This document shows positions 39,913-51,104 of a stretch of DNA of 64,000 nt, in pieces (position 1 is the first letter of the stretch; each line of letters opens with the position of its first letter). Source of the stretch: Escherichia coli (lineage in GTDB: Bacteria; Pseudomonadota; Gammaproteobacteria; Enterobacterales; Enterobacteriaceae); assembly GCF_050920415.1 (NCBI RefSeq), contig NZ_CP169309.1. One strand, given 5' to 3'. The position numbers were made by a program, and so were the translations under genes. Below the pieces are notes generated by a model. The model was not told where the DNA came from. It made no database searches and was given only the letters and a program-made list of their open reading frames with translations.

Positions 39913-40926
39913 TCACCTCTCCTCAACCAGCGGCACCATCACATCGCGCGACCAGGAAACCATCACCTGTTGTCCGGGCGTGAGCGTGGCAGGCAGTTCT
40001 TCGCCTGTCATATTGGCCTGACTCACCAGCAGTTTTTCACCGCCATTCAGTCTCAGTTCAAAACGGGTCGCCGCGCCCTGATACTGCACCGCCTGGATCG
40101 TGCCATTAACTTGCACTTCGCCGGGGGTGTTGAGGCGGATATGTTCCGGTCTCAGGGCAAAACTGCCTATCATGCCGCAAAGATTCTCGGCCATTAGCGG
40201 CTCAAAAACGTTGGATGTCCCGACGAATCCGGCAACAAACGGCGTGCGCGGACGCATATAGAGATCGCGCGGGGAATCGACCTGCTCAATACGACCGTTG
40301 TTGAATACCGCAACACGATCGGACATCGATAATGCCTCGCCCTGATCGTGGGTGACGAAAATAAAGGTGATGCCAAGAGACTGTTGTAGCTTTTTTAGCT
40401 CCAGTTGCATCTGCTCACGCAGCTTAAGATCCAGTGCGCCGAGCGGTTCATCCAGCAGCAATACGCGCGGTTCATTCACTAACGCTCTGGCAATGGCAAC
40501 CCGCTGACGCTGACCACCAGAAAGTTGTGACGGTTTACGTTGCTGTACAAATCCGAGCGCCACTTTCTCCAGCGCCTCTTGCGCCATTACGTGTCGCTGT
40601 TTTTTATCCACCCCTTTGACCATCAGCCCATAGGCCACGTTGTCAAGAATCGACATATGCGGAAAAAGCGCGTAGTCCTGGAAAACGGTATTCACGTCCC
40701 GCTCCCACGGTGGCAGATTGCTGGCGGGTTTACCAAAGATAGATATAGTCCCGCCGGAAAGCTGTTCGAATCCAGCAATCAGGCGCAGGCAGGTGGTTTT
40801 GCCGGAGCCAGACGGCCCCAGCATTGAGAAAAACTCACCATCTTTTATCGCAATACTGACACCATCTACCGCGCGCACATCACCATACAGTCGCGATACG
40901 TTGTCAAACTCCACTGCGTACGTCAT
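39913..40926 (-). CDS. ydcT: ABC transporter ATP-binding protein
   Basis: Walker A GPSGSGKTT, signature LSGGQRQRVAIARAL, Walker B LLLDEP. Confidence 0.9.
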   Translation of the reverse strand: MTYAVEFDNVSRLYGDVRAVDGVSIAIKDGEFFSMLGPSGSGKTTCLRLIAGFEQLSGGTISIFGKPASNLPPWERDVNTVFQDYALFPHMSILDNVAYGLMVKGVDKKQRHVMAQEALEKVALGFVQQRKPSQLSGGQRQRVAIARALVNEPRVLLLDEPLGALDLKLREQMQLELKKLQQSLGITFIFVTHDQGEALSMSDRVAVFNNGRIEQVDSPRDLYMRPRTPFVAGFVGTSNVFEPLMAENLCGMIGSFALRPEHIRLNTPGEVQVNGTIQAVQYQGAATRFELRLNGGEKLLVSQANMTGEELPATLTPGQQVMVSWSRDVMVPLVEER

Positions 40927-40943
40927 AAAACACCCCAGCGAAG

Positions 40944-42089
40944 TTAGCGGCCGCCCATAATGGCAATATAATCCTGCGTCCAGCGACTGTAGGGAACAAA
41001 CTTGCCCCCTTCTGCTATAGGCGTTTTCCAGAAGGCGATTTTATCGAAATAGTTAAAACCGTTTGTTTCACAACCTTTTTCGCCTAATAACGGACTGGCT
41101 TTACACCCTTCCGGCACTACCGGTAACGAGCCAAACCAGGCCGCCACATCGCCCTGCACTTTTGGCGTTAATGACCAGTTCATCCATTTGTAGGCGCAAA
41201 CCGGATGTTTCGCTTCGCTATGTAGCATGGTGGTGTCAGCCCAACCGGTAACGCCCTCCTTCGGGAAAACGGTAGCGACAGGCTGGCCTTCGGCTTTCAG
41301 GGCGTTGGCCTGATAGGGCCATGCACTGGAAGCAACCACACCCTCGTTTTTGAAATCGCTCATTTGCACGGTAGTGTCATGCCAGTAGCGATGGATCAAA
41401 CTATGTTGATCGCGCAGCACTTTCAGCACCGCCTGGTACTGTTCTTCGGTGAGTTGATAAGGATCGCTGATGCCCAACCGCGGCTGAGTGGCTTTAACGA
41501 ACAACGCAGCATCCGCAATATAAATAGGGCCATCATAAGCCTGAACGCGGCCTTTATTGCTCTTACCGTCCGGCAGATTCTGCGCAACAAAAACCACTTG
41601 CCAGCTATCCGGCGGCGTCGGGAAGGTTTTCGTGTTGTACATCAACAGGTTCGGACCCCATTGGTAAGGTGTGCCATAAACTTTGCCACTAACGTTAAAC
41701 CAGTCGCCTTTAACCACGCGCGGATCGAGCGTTTTCCAGTTGGGAATCAATGCGGTATTAATCGGCTGCACGCGTTTGCCCATAATCAGGCGCAGCGAGG
41801 CATCGCCGGATGCTGTAACCAGATCGTAACCCCCTTTGGTCATCAGACTGACCATTTCATCAGAAGTCGCGGCGGTTTTCACATTTACCGCGCAGCCTGT
41901 CTCTTTTTCGAATTGCGTTACCCAGTCGTATTGTTTATCAGTTTGTCCGCGTTCGATGTATCCCGGCCAGGCGATAATATCCAGTCGCCCTTCCGGTTTA
42001 TCTAAATTGGTAGGCGGTTCGGCGGCGTGAGCGGTCATTATTGTCATGGTGAGCGCACACAGGCTGCTGCGGGCAAATGTCTTGCTCAT
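40944..42089 (-). CDS. ydcS: Periplasmic substrate-binding protein (polyamine-type)
   Basis: 381-aa ORF with signal peptide MSKTFARSSLCALTMTIMTAHAAEP. Confidence 0.85.
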   Translation of the reverse strand: MSKTFARSSLCALTMTIMTAHAAEPPTNLDKPEGRLDIIAWPGYIERGQTDKQYDWVTQFEKETGCAVNVKTAATSDEMVSLMTKGGYDLVTASGDASLRLIMGKRVQPINTALIPNWKTLDPRVVKGDWFNVSGKVYGTPYQWGPNLLMYNTKTFPTPPDSWQVVFVAQNLPDGKSNKGRVQAYDGPIYIADAALFVKATQPRLGISDPYQLTEEQYQAVLKVLRDQHSLIHRYWHDTTVQMSDFKNEGVVASSAWPYQANALKAEGQPVATVFPKEGVTGWADTTMLHSEAKHPVCAYKWMNWSLTPKVQGDVAAWFGSLPVVPEGCKASPLLGEKGCETNGFNYFDKIAFWKTPIAEGGKFVPYSRWTQDYIAIMGGR

Positions 42090-42333
42090 AAGGTCTTACT
42101 CCTGTCGTAATTAATTGTTCAGCCGCCGTGCCGTAAAAATATCTCCTTGTTTAACCATAGACGGCGGCTTGCAGGCACACCTTCGCCCCTGAGAAAATTT
42201 AATCAGGTTGTGAGCTACCGCGCATTATGCCGTCTGTGAGATTATCTTCTGGAGTATAGACAAGGGGTTAGGAAATATGACTGCTATTCGAAATTCATAT
42301 TACCCAACCTAAGAGGAATTAAATTAAACGCTA

Positions 42334-43740
42334 TTACAGCCGTTCTTGAATAAGTTTGCCTAATTGTTTAACCGCCTGTTCTTCGCGCTCGCCCCACTGC
42401 CATGCAGTATTAAAACGAAAAAAATGTGACCAATTTGCACCGGTAGAAAACATTTTACCCGGCGCAATACTGATATGATGCGTCAGTGCCGCAAGGCTTA
42501 ATTCGCCCGCATCTAACGGCGCGGGGAGTTCCAGCCAGAGAAAATAACCGCTGTCATTATGATGAATTTTCACTTCCGCAGGCAGATAACGCAGCAGCGC
42601 CTGCCAGGCACGTTGTTTACGTTCCGCAAGCTGACGACGTAAACGACGAAGATGGGCGTCGTAACGGCGCGTGGAAAGATAATCCACAAGCGCAAGCTGC
42701 ATCGGTGAACTGGTCGAAAGCGTACTCATCAATTGCAATCGTTGAATTTTGCGTGCGTGTTTTCCAGCGGCGACCCAACCAATACGAAAACCTGGCACCA
42801 GACATTTCGAAAACGAAGAGCAATGCAAAACACCATCGTGGCGATCCCACGCTTTCGCAGGCAGCGGTTTTTCCCGTCCAAAATAAAGTTCGCTGTAAAC
42901 GTCATCTTCAATCAGCGTTACGTTGTACTGATTGAGCAACGCTACCAGCCGCGCTTTTTTCTGCGGCGTTAAGGTAAATCCGAGTGGATTCTGGCTATTA
43001 GTCATCAGCCAGCACGCTTTCACCGGATACTCCTGCAACGCCAGTTCCAGCGCCTGAAGATCGATCCCTTCGTTAACGTCCGTCGCCACCGATAACGCCT
43101 TCAGCCGTAACCGCTCCAGCGCCTGCAACGCGCCGTAGAAACAAGGATTCTCTACTATCACCCAATCGCCTGGTTCCGTTACCGCTTGTAAACTGAGGTT
43201 TAATGCCTCTAACGCCCCGGCGGTAATGACAATTTCATCAGGAGAAATAGTGATGCCCTGTAAGGCATAGCGACGAGCAATAGCCTGACGCAGTTCTGCG
43301 TTTCCTGGCGGTAAGTTTTCAATCACGCTCATCGCCGTGGCGGTTTTGCTTACCTGCGCCAGCGAGCGGTTTAGTTGTTGGAGGGGGAAAAGTCGCGGGT
43401 CGGGAAAGGCCGAGGCAAACGGAACTACCGACGGATCGCGACTGGCCTGCAACATATCAAAAATATAGGTGTTGATATCGACTGCTTCATCTCGAGTGAC
43501 TGGAATGACTGGCGCTTTCGGCATTTTTATTGCCTGTGGCGCAACGTAATAACCCGACTGCGGTCGCGCGATAATATGTCCCTGACTTTCGAGCAACTGA
43601 TAGGCATGGCTGACAGTCATAAAGCTCATGCCAGAAAGCGCCACCTGGTCACGCAACGAAGGCAAACGATCTCCGGGTTGCCAGATCCCCGACGCAATCT
43701 GCTCGCGTAATTGTTCTGCAAGCTGCTGGTATTTTTTCAT
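42334..43740 (-). CDS. ydcR: MocR/GntR-family regulator with aminotransferase-like domain
   Basis: 468 aa; N-terminal HTH region plus large PLP-fold domain. Confidence 0.85.
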   Translation of the reverse strand: MKKYQQLAEQLREQIASGIWQPGDRLPSLRDQVALSGMSFMTVSHAYQLLESQGHIIARPQSGYYVAPQAIKMPKAPVIPVTRDEAVDINTYIFDMLQASRDPSVVPFASAFPDPRLFPLQQLNRSLAQVSKTATAMSVIENLPPGNAELRQAIARRYALQGITISPDEIVITAGALEALNLSLQAVTEPGDWVIVENPCFYGALQALERLRLKALSVATDVNEGIDLQALELALQEYPVKACWLMTNSQNPLGFTLTPQKKARLVALLNQYNVTLIEDDVYSELYFGREKPLPAKAWDRHDGVLHCSSFSKCLVPGFRIGWVAAGKHARKIQRLQLMSTLSTSSPMQLALVDYLSTRRYDAHLRRLRRQLAERKQRAWQALLRYLPAEVKIHHNDSGYFLWLELPAPLDAGELSLAALTHHISIAPGKMFSTGANWSHFFRFNTAWQWGEREEQAVKQLGKLIQERL

Positions 43741-43818
43741 TATCGAATCGTTATTATGTGCAGGTGATTCGGCAGTCTATATCAGTTGTTAAAAATGACA
43801 ACTTTTCATTAACTGTTA

Positions 43819-44022
<204 letters not shown>

Positions 44023-44233
44023 TTCAATAAAGTGATCGTGACTATTTAATGGCGAAGTTTACCTCCGTGTGTAATGTGCTCGAAAATAGCACTAAATCGC
44101 CGCAACGGCAGAATGCAATGCAAAATCAGGAAGGAAGATTCCAGAATTTCTTTGCGCTAATTTGCAAAACTGAATAATAACCTCAAGAAACGATCGGCAT
44201 CATAGCGGCAAAAGGTGAGAAAAAGGTGGCGGG

Positions 44234-44464
44234 ATGTTTACGAAGGCGTTATCGGTTGTCTTATTAACGTGTGCGCTGTTCTCAGGACAACTCATGGCAG
44301 GGCACAAAGGACATGAATTTATGTGGGTAAAGAATGTGGATCATCAGCTGCGTCATGAAGCGGACAGCGATGAATTGCGTGCTGTGGCGGAAGAGTCGGC
44401 GGAAGGTTTGCGCGAGCATTTTTACTGGCAAAAATCGCGCAAACCAGAAGCGGGACAACGTTGA
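44234..44464 (+). CDS. yncJ: Small secreted protein (DUF2554-like)
   Basis: 76-aa ORF MFTKALSVVLLTCALFSGQLMAGHKGHEF... Confidence 0.8.
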   Translation: MFTKALSVVLLTCALFSGQLMAGHKGHEFMWVKNVDHQLRHEADSDELRAVAEESAEGLREHFYWQKSRKPEAGQR

Positions 44465-44477
44465 GTCATTTATTTAT

Positions 44478-44510
44478 TGCCGGATGCGGCGTGACGCCTT
44501 ACCCGGCCGA
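44478..44510. repeat. REP element
   Basis: TGCCGGATGCGGCGTGACGCCTTACCCGGCC. Confidence 0.6.
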
Positions 44511-44559
44511 CAAGATCATGCAGATTCAATAAGTTGTGAGTAACCAGAAAACTGGCGTT

Positions 44560-46563
44560 TTACCCTTTTCGCTTCGGCAATGTTTTCAGCAGATCATCCG
44601 GACTTACGGATGCCACTACGCTTCCCGGTAACGGCATTTTCAGTATGTGATTTTTGATTTTGCCAATGACGTGCATCTCGCATGGGCGGCAATCAAACTT
44701 TAGCGTTAACACTTCATCGCCGTTAACCAGTTGCATTGGCGTCGCCTTCCAGCTTTTGATATTGCCTTTCGCCTGTTTCGGGCACAGATTGAAGGCAAAG
44801 CGCAGACAATGCTTGGTGATCATCACCGGCACTTCGCCCTTCTCTTCATGTGCCTCATACGCCGCGTCAATCAGTTGCACACCATAGCGATGATAAAATT
44901 CACGCGCTTTCTGGTTGTATACGTTCGCGAGGAAACTCAGATGCGTTTGCGGATAAACCGGCGCAGGGTCAGCAACCGGTTTACGACTGCCGCGCTGATA
45001 ACTGGCAAGACGCGCAGCATCCAGCATTTCGGCGGCCTCACGGCGGAACTGATTTAACAGACTGTTCGGTACAAACAGCGCCCCCGGCAAATTAATTTGC
45101 ACATTGCGGGCGTAATAGATGGTTTGCCCCAGTTTTGCCAGACCATCCTTCAGATTGTTCATTGCTTTTTCGGCGTTATTGGCTTCGTCGAACTGCCCGT
45201 CCAGCGTATGCGTAATGCTGACACCCTCTTCACTGGTGAGGGTCAGAATCAGTTGTTCCTGCCAGCCGCCCAGTTCAATGTCTACCGCTACGCGACGTTC
45301 GCTGGAGGTTTTTGTCAGTGCCTGCTGCCAGTTATGATCAAGATTACGGTTTAGTGGGTGATGAGGACGAATTTTGTGCAAATCTGCTGGCATTTCATTT
45401 GGCCAGACGCGGTACTGATTTTGCCCGGTTTTTTCGACTGTATTGGCGCGAAAGCCAACCACTTCACGTTTAATCATCACATTCAGACCATCGCCATTAG
45501 CTAACGGCTCGGTGACGGCAACATCGAGATGATCCTTCGCCACTTTTAATACTTCACCGACCGGCAGGCCGATAAACTTGGGGGAGTCGAACGCGCCGAT
45601 ATCCCCTTTACGGGCGTTAACAAAGTAGTCGGTACTGCCACGATGGAAGGTTTTTTCCGTCGACGGTACGAAGAAATGCTCGGTACGACCGGATGAAGCA
45701 CGCGCCAGATCGCCACGTTCATCAATAATGGCGTCCAGCATTTGGCGATAATGCGCGGTGATATTCTTCACGTAGCTCATATCTTTGTAACGCCCTTCAA
45801 TCTTGAAGGAGCGCACGCCAGCATCAATCAGCGCGCCAAGGTTAGCAGTCTGATCGTTATCTTTCATCGACAGCAGATGTTTTTCATAGGAAACCACCCG
45901 CCCCTGATCGTCTTTCAATGTGTATGGCAAACGGCATGCCTGCGAGCAATCGCCACGGTTGGCGCTACGCCCTGTTTGCGCATGAGAAATGTAGCACTGA
46001 CCAGAATAGGCCACGCACAATGCACCATGAATAAAGAATTCAATGGTCGCGTCCGTGGCCTGGTGAATCGCGCGGATCTGCTCAAGATTCAGCTCTCGCG
46101 CCAGCACAATCTGCGTAAAGCCAACATCAGAGAGGAACTTCGCTTTTTCTACTGTGCGAATATCGCACTGGGTACTGGCGTGCAGTTCAATCGGCGGAAT
46201 ATCAAGTTCCAGAATCCCCATATCCTGAACAATCAGCGCATCGACGCCGGTCTGGTAGAGGTCGGTAATCAGCCGTTGCGCAGGTTCCAGCTCATCATCA
46301 TGCAAAATGGTGTTAAGCGTGACGAAAATTTTTGCACCATAACGATGGGCAAACGGCACCAGTTCGGCAATATCTTTCAGGCTATTACTGGCATTATGAC
46401 GGGCACCAAAACCAGGGCCGCCGATATAAACAGCATCGGCACCGTGCAAAATAGCTTCGCGGGCAATGGCGGCATCGCGTGCCGGGCTTAACAGTTCAAG
46501 TCGATGAGAAGATACGGTCACATTCTTATCCAGTAGCTGAAAAATGGCGGCTATTTTAGCCAC
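44560..46563 (-). CDS. rlhA: U32-family peptidase-like protein (rRNA hydroxylation factor); conserved start probably at 46521 (GTG)
   Basis: Track ORF 667 aa; conserved block VTVSSHRLELLSPARDAAIAREAILHGADAVYIGG. Confidence 0.85.
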   Translation of the reverse strand: MAKIAAIFQLLDKNVTVSSHRLELLSPARDAAIAREAILHGADAVYIGGPGFGARHNASNSLKDIAELVPFAHRYGAKIFVTLNTILHDDELEPAQRLITDLYQTGVDALIVQDMGILELDIPPIELHASTQCDIRTVEKAKFLSDVGFTQIVLARELNLEQIRAIHQATDATIEFFIHGALCVAYSGQCYISHAQTGRSANRGDCSQACRLPYTLKDDQGRVVSYEKHLLSMKDNDQTANLGALIDAGVRSFKIEGRYKDMSYVKNITAHYRQMLDAIIDERGDLARASSGRTEHFFVPSTEKTFHRGSTDYFVNARKGDIGAFDSPKFIGLPVGEVLKVAKDHLDVAVTEPLANGDGLNVMIKREVVGFRANTVEKTGQNQYRVWPNEMPADLHKIRPHHPLNRNLDHNWQQALTKTSSERRVAVDIELGGWQEQLILTLTSEEGVSITHTLDGQFDEANNAEKAMNNLKDGLAKLGQTIYYARNVQINLPGALFVPNSLLNQFRREAAEMLDAARLASYQRGSRKPVADPAPVYPQTHLSFLANVYNQKAREFYHRYGVQLIDAAYEAHEEKGEVPVMITKHCLRFAFNLCPKQAKGNIKSWKATPMQLVNGDEVLTLKFDCRPCEMHVIGKIKNHILKMPLPGSVVASVSPDDLLKTLPKRKG

Positions 46564-46593
46564 AAGCGCGACGTTGCGAAATAGTTTTCCCGC

Positions 46594-47130
46594 TTAACTG
46601 CGTGGGTAATGGATGAGGGAATGAAAATGTACGATTTGCTCCCCACCATTACGATAGACATGCGTAACGTCTGCAGCAAATCGAGCGCCTTCTTCACAAT
46701 TAAGGCTCTGCCATTCACCATCAACGCACAGATCAAGTTGCCCATCAATGACGACAACATGTTCGATTACTCCCTTCTCATGGGGCGTCGATTCACTTAT
46801 TGCACCAGGTGCCATCTGAATCGAGAAGTGTTCAAAGCAGAGTTGTGGATCATAAGGAAACAGCGAAGTGATCACCATCGCCTGCTGTTGCGGATCATAA
46901 ACTGAAGGCGTAGCGGACTGCGGCGGAGAAATAAATGTCGAAAATGGCACATTCAACCCGGTGGCAATTTTCCATAATGTCGCGACCGTCGGGCTGGATT
47001 CATTACGTTCAATCTGCCCTAACATCGCTTTAGAAACACCCGTCGCTTCTGCCAGTCGCGAAAGACTCCAACCGCGCTGCTGACGTAGTTGTTTAAGTGT
47101 GGTGGATAAAAAGCGAGTGAGATTTTCCAT
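46594..47130 (-). CDS. ydcN: XRE-family HTH regulator with cupin domain
   Basis: 178-aa ORF; HTH ...WSLSRLAEATGVSKAMLGQIERNESSPT... Confidence 0.85.
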   Translation of the reverse strand: MENLTRFLSTTLKQLRQQRGWSLSRLAEATGVSKAMLGQIERNESSPTVATLWKIATGLNVPFSTFISPPQSATPSVYDPQQQAMVITSLFPYDPQLCFEHFSIQMAPGAISESTPHEKGVIEHVVVIDGQLDLCVDGEWQSLNCEEGARFAADVTHVYRNGGEQIVHFHSLIHYPRS

Positions 47131-47218
47131 GTGACTCCTCCGGCAAAGCGGAAGTTTATCACTTGTGCGTTATAACGGACAAATGCTACGGTACCTGTAC
47201 GCTATAACGCACGAGGTG

Positions 47219-48394
47219 ACCATGCGTCTGTTTTCTATTCCTCCACCCACGCTACTGGCGGGGTTTCTGGCGGTATTAATTAGCTACGCCAGTTCAGCGG
47301 CAATAATCTGGCAAGCAGCGATGGTCGCCGGAGCCACCACTGCACAAATCTCTGGCTGGATGACGGCGCTGGGGCTGGCAATGGGCGTCAGTACGCTGGC
47401 TCTGACATTATGGTATCGCGTGCCTGTTCTCACCGCATGGTCAACGCCTGGCGCGGCTTTGTTGGTCACCGGATTACAGGGACTAACACTTAACGAAGCC
47501 ATCGGCGTTTTTATTGTCACCAACGCGTTAATAATCCTCTGCGGCATAACGGGACTCTTTGCTCGTCTGATGCGTATTATTCCGCACTCGCTGGCAGCGG
47601 CGATGCTGGCCGGAATTTTGTTACGCTTTGGTTTACAGGCGTTTGCAAGTCTGGATGGTCAGTTTACGTTATGCGGTAGTATGTTGCTGGCGTGGCTGGC
47701 GACGAAAGCTATTGCGCCACGGTATGCGGTTATTGCGGCGATGATAGTTGGCATCGTAATCGTTATTTTACAAGGTGACGTTGTCACAGGGGATATTGCC
47801 TTTAAACCCGTTCTCCCCGCTTATATTGCCCCTGAATTTTCGTTTGCTCACAGTCTGAGCGTTGCACTCCCCCTTTTTCTGGTGACGATGGCATCGCAAA
47901 ACGCACCGGGTATTGCGGCAATGAAAGCGGCCGGGTATTCGGCTCCTGTTTCGCCGTTGATTGTATTTACTGGATTGCTGGCGCTGGTATTTTCCCCTTT
48001 CGGGGTTTATTCCGTCGGTATTGCAGCAATCACCGCGGCTATTTGCCAAAGCCCGGAAGCGCATCCGGATAAAGATCAACGTTGGCTGGCAGCTGCCGTC
48101 GCAGGCGTTGTTTATTTGTTTGCAGGTCTGTTTGGTAGCGCCATAACTGGAATGATGGCCGCGCTGCCCGTGAGTTGGATCCAGATGCTGGCAGGTCTGG
48201 CGCTGTTGAGTACCATTGGCGGCAGTTTGTATCAGGCGCTGCATAATGAGCGTGAGCGCGACGCGGCGGTGGTCGCATTTCTGGTAACGGCAAGTGGACT
48301 AACGCTTGTCGGGATTGGTTCTGCGTTTTGGGGATTAATTGCCGGTGGCGTTTGTTACATGGTGTTAAATTTAATCGCTGACAGAAACCGATAA
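47219..48394 (+). CDS. ydcO: BenE-family membrane transporter
   Basis: Track ORF 47165..48394; conserved start MRLFSIPPPTLLAGFLAVLI. Confidence 0.8.
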   Translation, partial: TMRLFSIPPPTLLAGFLAVLISYASSAAIIWQAAMVAGATTAQISGWMTALGLAMGVSTLALTLWYRVPVLTAWSTPGAALLVTGLQGLTLNEAIGVFIVTNALIILCGITGLFARLMRIIPHSLAAAMLAGILLRFGLQAFASLDGQFTLCGSMLLAWLATKAIAPRYAVIAAMIVGIVIVILQGDVVTGDIAFKPVLPAYIAPEFSFAHSLSVALPLFLVTMASQNAPGIAAMKAAGYSAPVSPLIVFTGLLALVFSPFGVYSVGIAAITAAICQSPEAHPDKDQRWLAAAVAGVVYLFAGLFGSAITGMMAALPVSWIQMLAGLALLSTIGGSLYQALHNERERDAAVVAFLVTASGLTLVGIGSAFWGLIAGGVCYMVLNLIADRNR

Positions 48395-48428
48395 TAAAAA
48401 GCGCCATCTTACGATGGCGCGACTGGAA

Positions 48429-49097
48429 TTACTTTTTGTTAACGTCAAACATGGTGGCATCGGTCGCCATGTCATCAATAACTTGCTTAATATTCTCGAA
48501 AGCCATTGGCGTACTTTCATTATTCAGGTCTTTACCTTCGCCCTGACGAACGACTTTGATAACCGGTTTATTAGTAGCTGCATCAATTAGCTCACCTTCA
48601 AAATACAGGCGAGTATCCATGGTACGGTGGCCCGTCGCCATTTGCGTCCCCGCGACCACTAATGCGACAGGAACCACTTCATAGAATTGCAGCCCTTCTT
48701 TGCTGGTATCTACACCGGTAATGGCCCCACGGAAAATCAGACTACGCGGCCCAGCGGTGGTAACCAGTGGTTTACGCTGCGCAATCGCTTCTTTCATTTC
48801 GGTGTTGGTATAACTCAAAATTTTATCCAGAACTTTCTGCCCTACCTGGGTAGATGGTTTCGGTACCGGATAATAAGTGACTGGGTTCCAGACGATGCTG
48901 TCATATTTGCTTTGATCAAAACTCGGGTCTACCCAACGTAAAACAGGCTTACCCGTTGCAGAAGTTGTTTCTTTTAAATCAGAGTAATTGTTTAAAAAGC
49001 CAGAATATTTATCTGGCTGGGTGATTTTAGAGGCACAACCAGACAGAGCCAACAAGCCGCATAAAGCTGCAACTTTCGCAAATGATGTGGTACGCAT
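48429..49097 (-). CDS. ydcL: Lipoprotein
   Basis: 222-aa ORF with lipobox ...LLALSGCASK. Confidence 0.8.
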   Translation of the reverse strand: MRTTSFAKVAALCGLLALSGCASKITQPDKYSGFLNNYSDLKETTSATGKPVLRWVDPSFDQSKYDSIVWNPVTYYPVPKPSTQVGQKVLDKILSYTNTEMKEAIAQRKPLVTTAGPRSLIFRGAITGVDTSKEGLQFYEVVPVALVVAGTQMATGHRTMDTRLYFEGELIDAATNKPVIKVVRQGEGKDLNNESTPMAFENIKQVIDDMATDATMFDVNKK

Positions 49098-49398
49098 GAA
49101 TAGTTTCCTGAGATGATTATATTACTTTTTAAGTTATAGCAAAAAGCACCGCTTCGTGTTGTGGCAAAAAAAGTGTTGGTAAAAATAAATTTATCAGCCC
49201 CTTTTCAGACGACATAGTCAATGCCGAAAAAGGGGCTAAGTCAATCATCAGTAGTTAAATATCAGTGCGTTAAGCTGATGAAAAACTTCGACTACCGTGA
49301 TTAATTTCACATCCTTTTGATTAAAAATATGCTTACCGAAAAGAACAACGGTTAACCATCTCAACGCGGGGCATTTTCACGCGCCTTGTTCTACCGGG

Positions 49399-49992
49399 TC
49401 ATTTTTTACGTGCCAGTATCGTGGCGAAACGCAGTTTAATCCGATTACCGTTGGCATCGGTGCGGTGCAACTCACCGACGTTTTCATTGTATTTCACCAT
49501 CTCCCAGCCTTCGTAATATCGACGTAATTCTCCCTCTTTGAAGGCAAACGGGAAGCCGACGGTACATGGATAATCAGCGGTATCCATCGCCGCCACAATC
49601 AGGTTGTAACCACCAGGTTTAGTGCAACGTTGCATATTGGCAATCAGCCCTGGGATGGTTTTAGCCTCAAGGAACATCAGCACCACAGTCGAAAGAATAA
49701 AATCGTATTGCCCATCAAAGGTGAGGTTATTCAGATCAACGACCCGGGTATGTAAATTATCCAGATTTTCAATGGATTTAATGCGCTCGACGTTGGCGAT
49801 ACTCATGGCATTTTTATCCCATGCGTCAACTTCATAACCATTGGCTGCCAGGTAAAGACTGTTACGACCATTGCCACAGCCCAGATCCAGCGTTTTACCG
49901 GGTTTAACCACTTTCACCGCTTCCAGTACTTCAGAGTGTGTGCGGGTTAATTCATATTTTTCAGTAAAATAGTTTTCGTCACGGATGATCAT
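49399..49992 (-). CDS. tehB: Tellurite methyltransferase (SAM-dependent)
   Basis: 197-aa ORF with SAM motif [15 protein letters not shown]. Confidence 0.9.
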   Translation of the reverse strand: MIIRDENYFTEKYELTRTHSEVLEAVKVVKPGKTLDLGCGNGRNSLYLAANGYEVDAWDKNAMSIANVERIKSIENLDNLHTRVVDLNNLTFDGQYDFILSTVVLMFLEAKTIPGLIANMQRCTKPGGYNLIVAAMDTADYPCTVGFPFAFKEGELRRYYEGWEMVKYNENVGELHRTDANGNRIKLRFATILARKK

Positions 49993-50981
49993 TCTTTGTC
50001 CTCAACTTTCATTAAAACAGCGCGCTCTGTTCTGATTAACAATTTCCCCTGCATCAGAAGCGCGAAAGTTCGGATGAGCAGTATTGCAATTATAAAATTG
50101 GTAAAGATAAACAGCGGCACCGCCAGCGTATGGAAAAATCCATTATCGCTGCCACTCCCCAAATGCAAACCGGTGGTTGCCAGTGCAGATACGCCGAACG
50201 AGAAACTCCAGAATGAAGCATTAAATGGCTGGGAGAGATACCATGGCATCAGACGTAGCATAAACAGCAGTTGCAGCAGCCCATAACCGAAAAGCATTTT
50301 CGCCAGCGTGTCACCCTCGCCGCCGTTGACGCTCAGCCAGGCACTACAGGCCACCAGCGCAGGAGCGAGCTGAATGCCGAGTGATGTCCGCAGCGCCGTG
50401 GGTAATTCTCCCGAACTGCGCAGACGCTGCAAGATCACCGGTTCCAGGCTTAACCATGAGAAAACGCCTGCGCCTAAAAACACCAGACCGGCGTCGGTGT
50501 AGCCCAATGCACCACAGGCCATTGCGCTGATAAAGTTGTTGGCAACTGTCGGCAGATACAGTCCAGGCGTGGTAGCTTCTTCAGGATGAGATCCGCGCCA
50601 TAATCCCGCAGTTTGCCAGGCGGCATAAGCCAACTGAACCACGACACCAAAACTGAACAGGCATACCGCCAGTGGGCGAAACCACGGAACAAAACCAATC
50701 GCTACCAGCATCGTCGTTGCAGGAAACAAACTCACAAAACTGCTCATCACTGGATGGCGCACTTCCGCCAGCACGCTATTCGGAAAGCGTATGAGTCGGG
50801 TAATAAATGCGCTAGTCAATAATCCCCAGATGATCATCGCCAGAATTACCAGCCCATCTCCTAACCAGTGGCTGACCTGCCAAACCTGGCTGGCATAGCG
50901 CCAGGCAAATCCCATCCCTATCGTCCCCAACACAATACCAAAGTAGCCTGCCGGCAAATTGAGCACTTTATCGCTCTGCAT
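49989..50981 (-). CDS. tehA: Tellurite resistance membrane protein
   Basis: Track ORF 49989..51089; conserved start [27 protein letters not shown]; ATGA overlap with tehB. Confidence 0.85.
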   Translation of the reverse strand: MQSDKVLNLPAGYFGIVLGTIGMGFAWRYASQVWQVSHWLGDGLVILAMIIWGLLTSAFITRLIRFPNSVLAEVRHPVMSSFVSLFPATTMLVAIGFVPWFRPLAVCLFSFGVVVQLAYAAWQTAGLWRGSHPEEATTPGLYLPTVANNFISAMACGALGYTDAGLVFLGAGVFSWLSLEPVILQRLRSSGELPTALRTSLGIQLAPALVACSAWLSVNGGEGDTLAKMLFGYGLLQLLFMLRLMPWYLSQPFNASFWSFSFGVSALATTGLHLGSGSDNGFFHTLAVPLFIFTNFIIAILLIRTFALLMQGKLLIRTERAVLMKVEDKE

Positions 50982-51104
50982 CTTCTTACTCATTTTGTTT
51001 AATTTATAAAGTATATTTGAAATACATTTTATGGAATTTTCTCGAGCATAGCCAGACTCGCAGAATTTGCTACGGTTATAGTAAGTCACCTGTGGGAAAA
51101 CGCT

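Noticed and set aside
45742-46491. Plus-strand 249-aa ORF inside rlhA (ydcP), and similar antisense ORFs in ydcS (41364..42005), trg (57505..58089) and aldA (62151..62773)
   Set aside because: All antisense to strongly supported conserved genes; no independent motifs.
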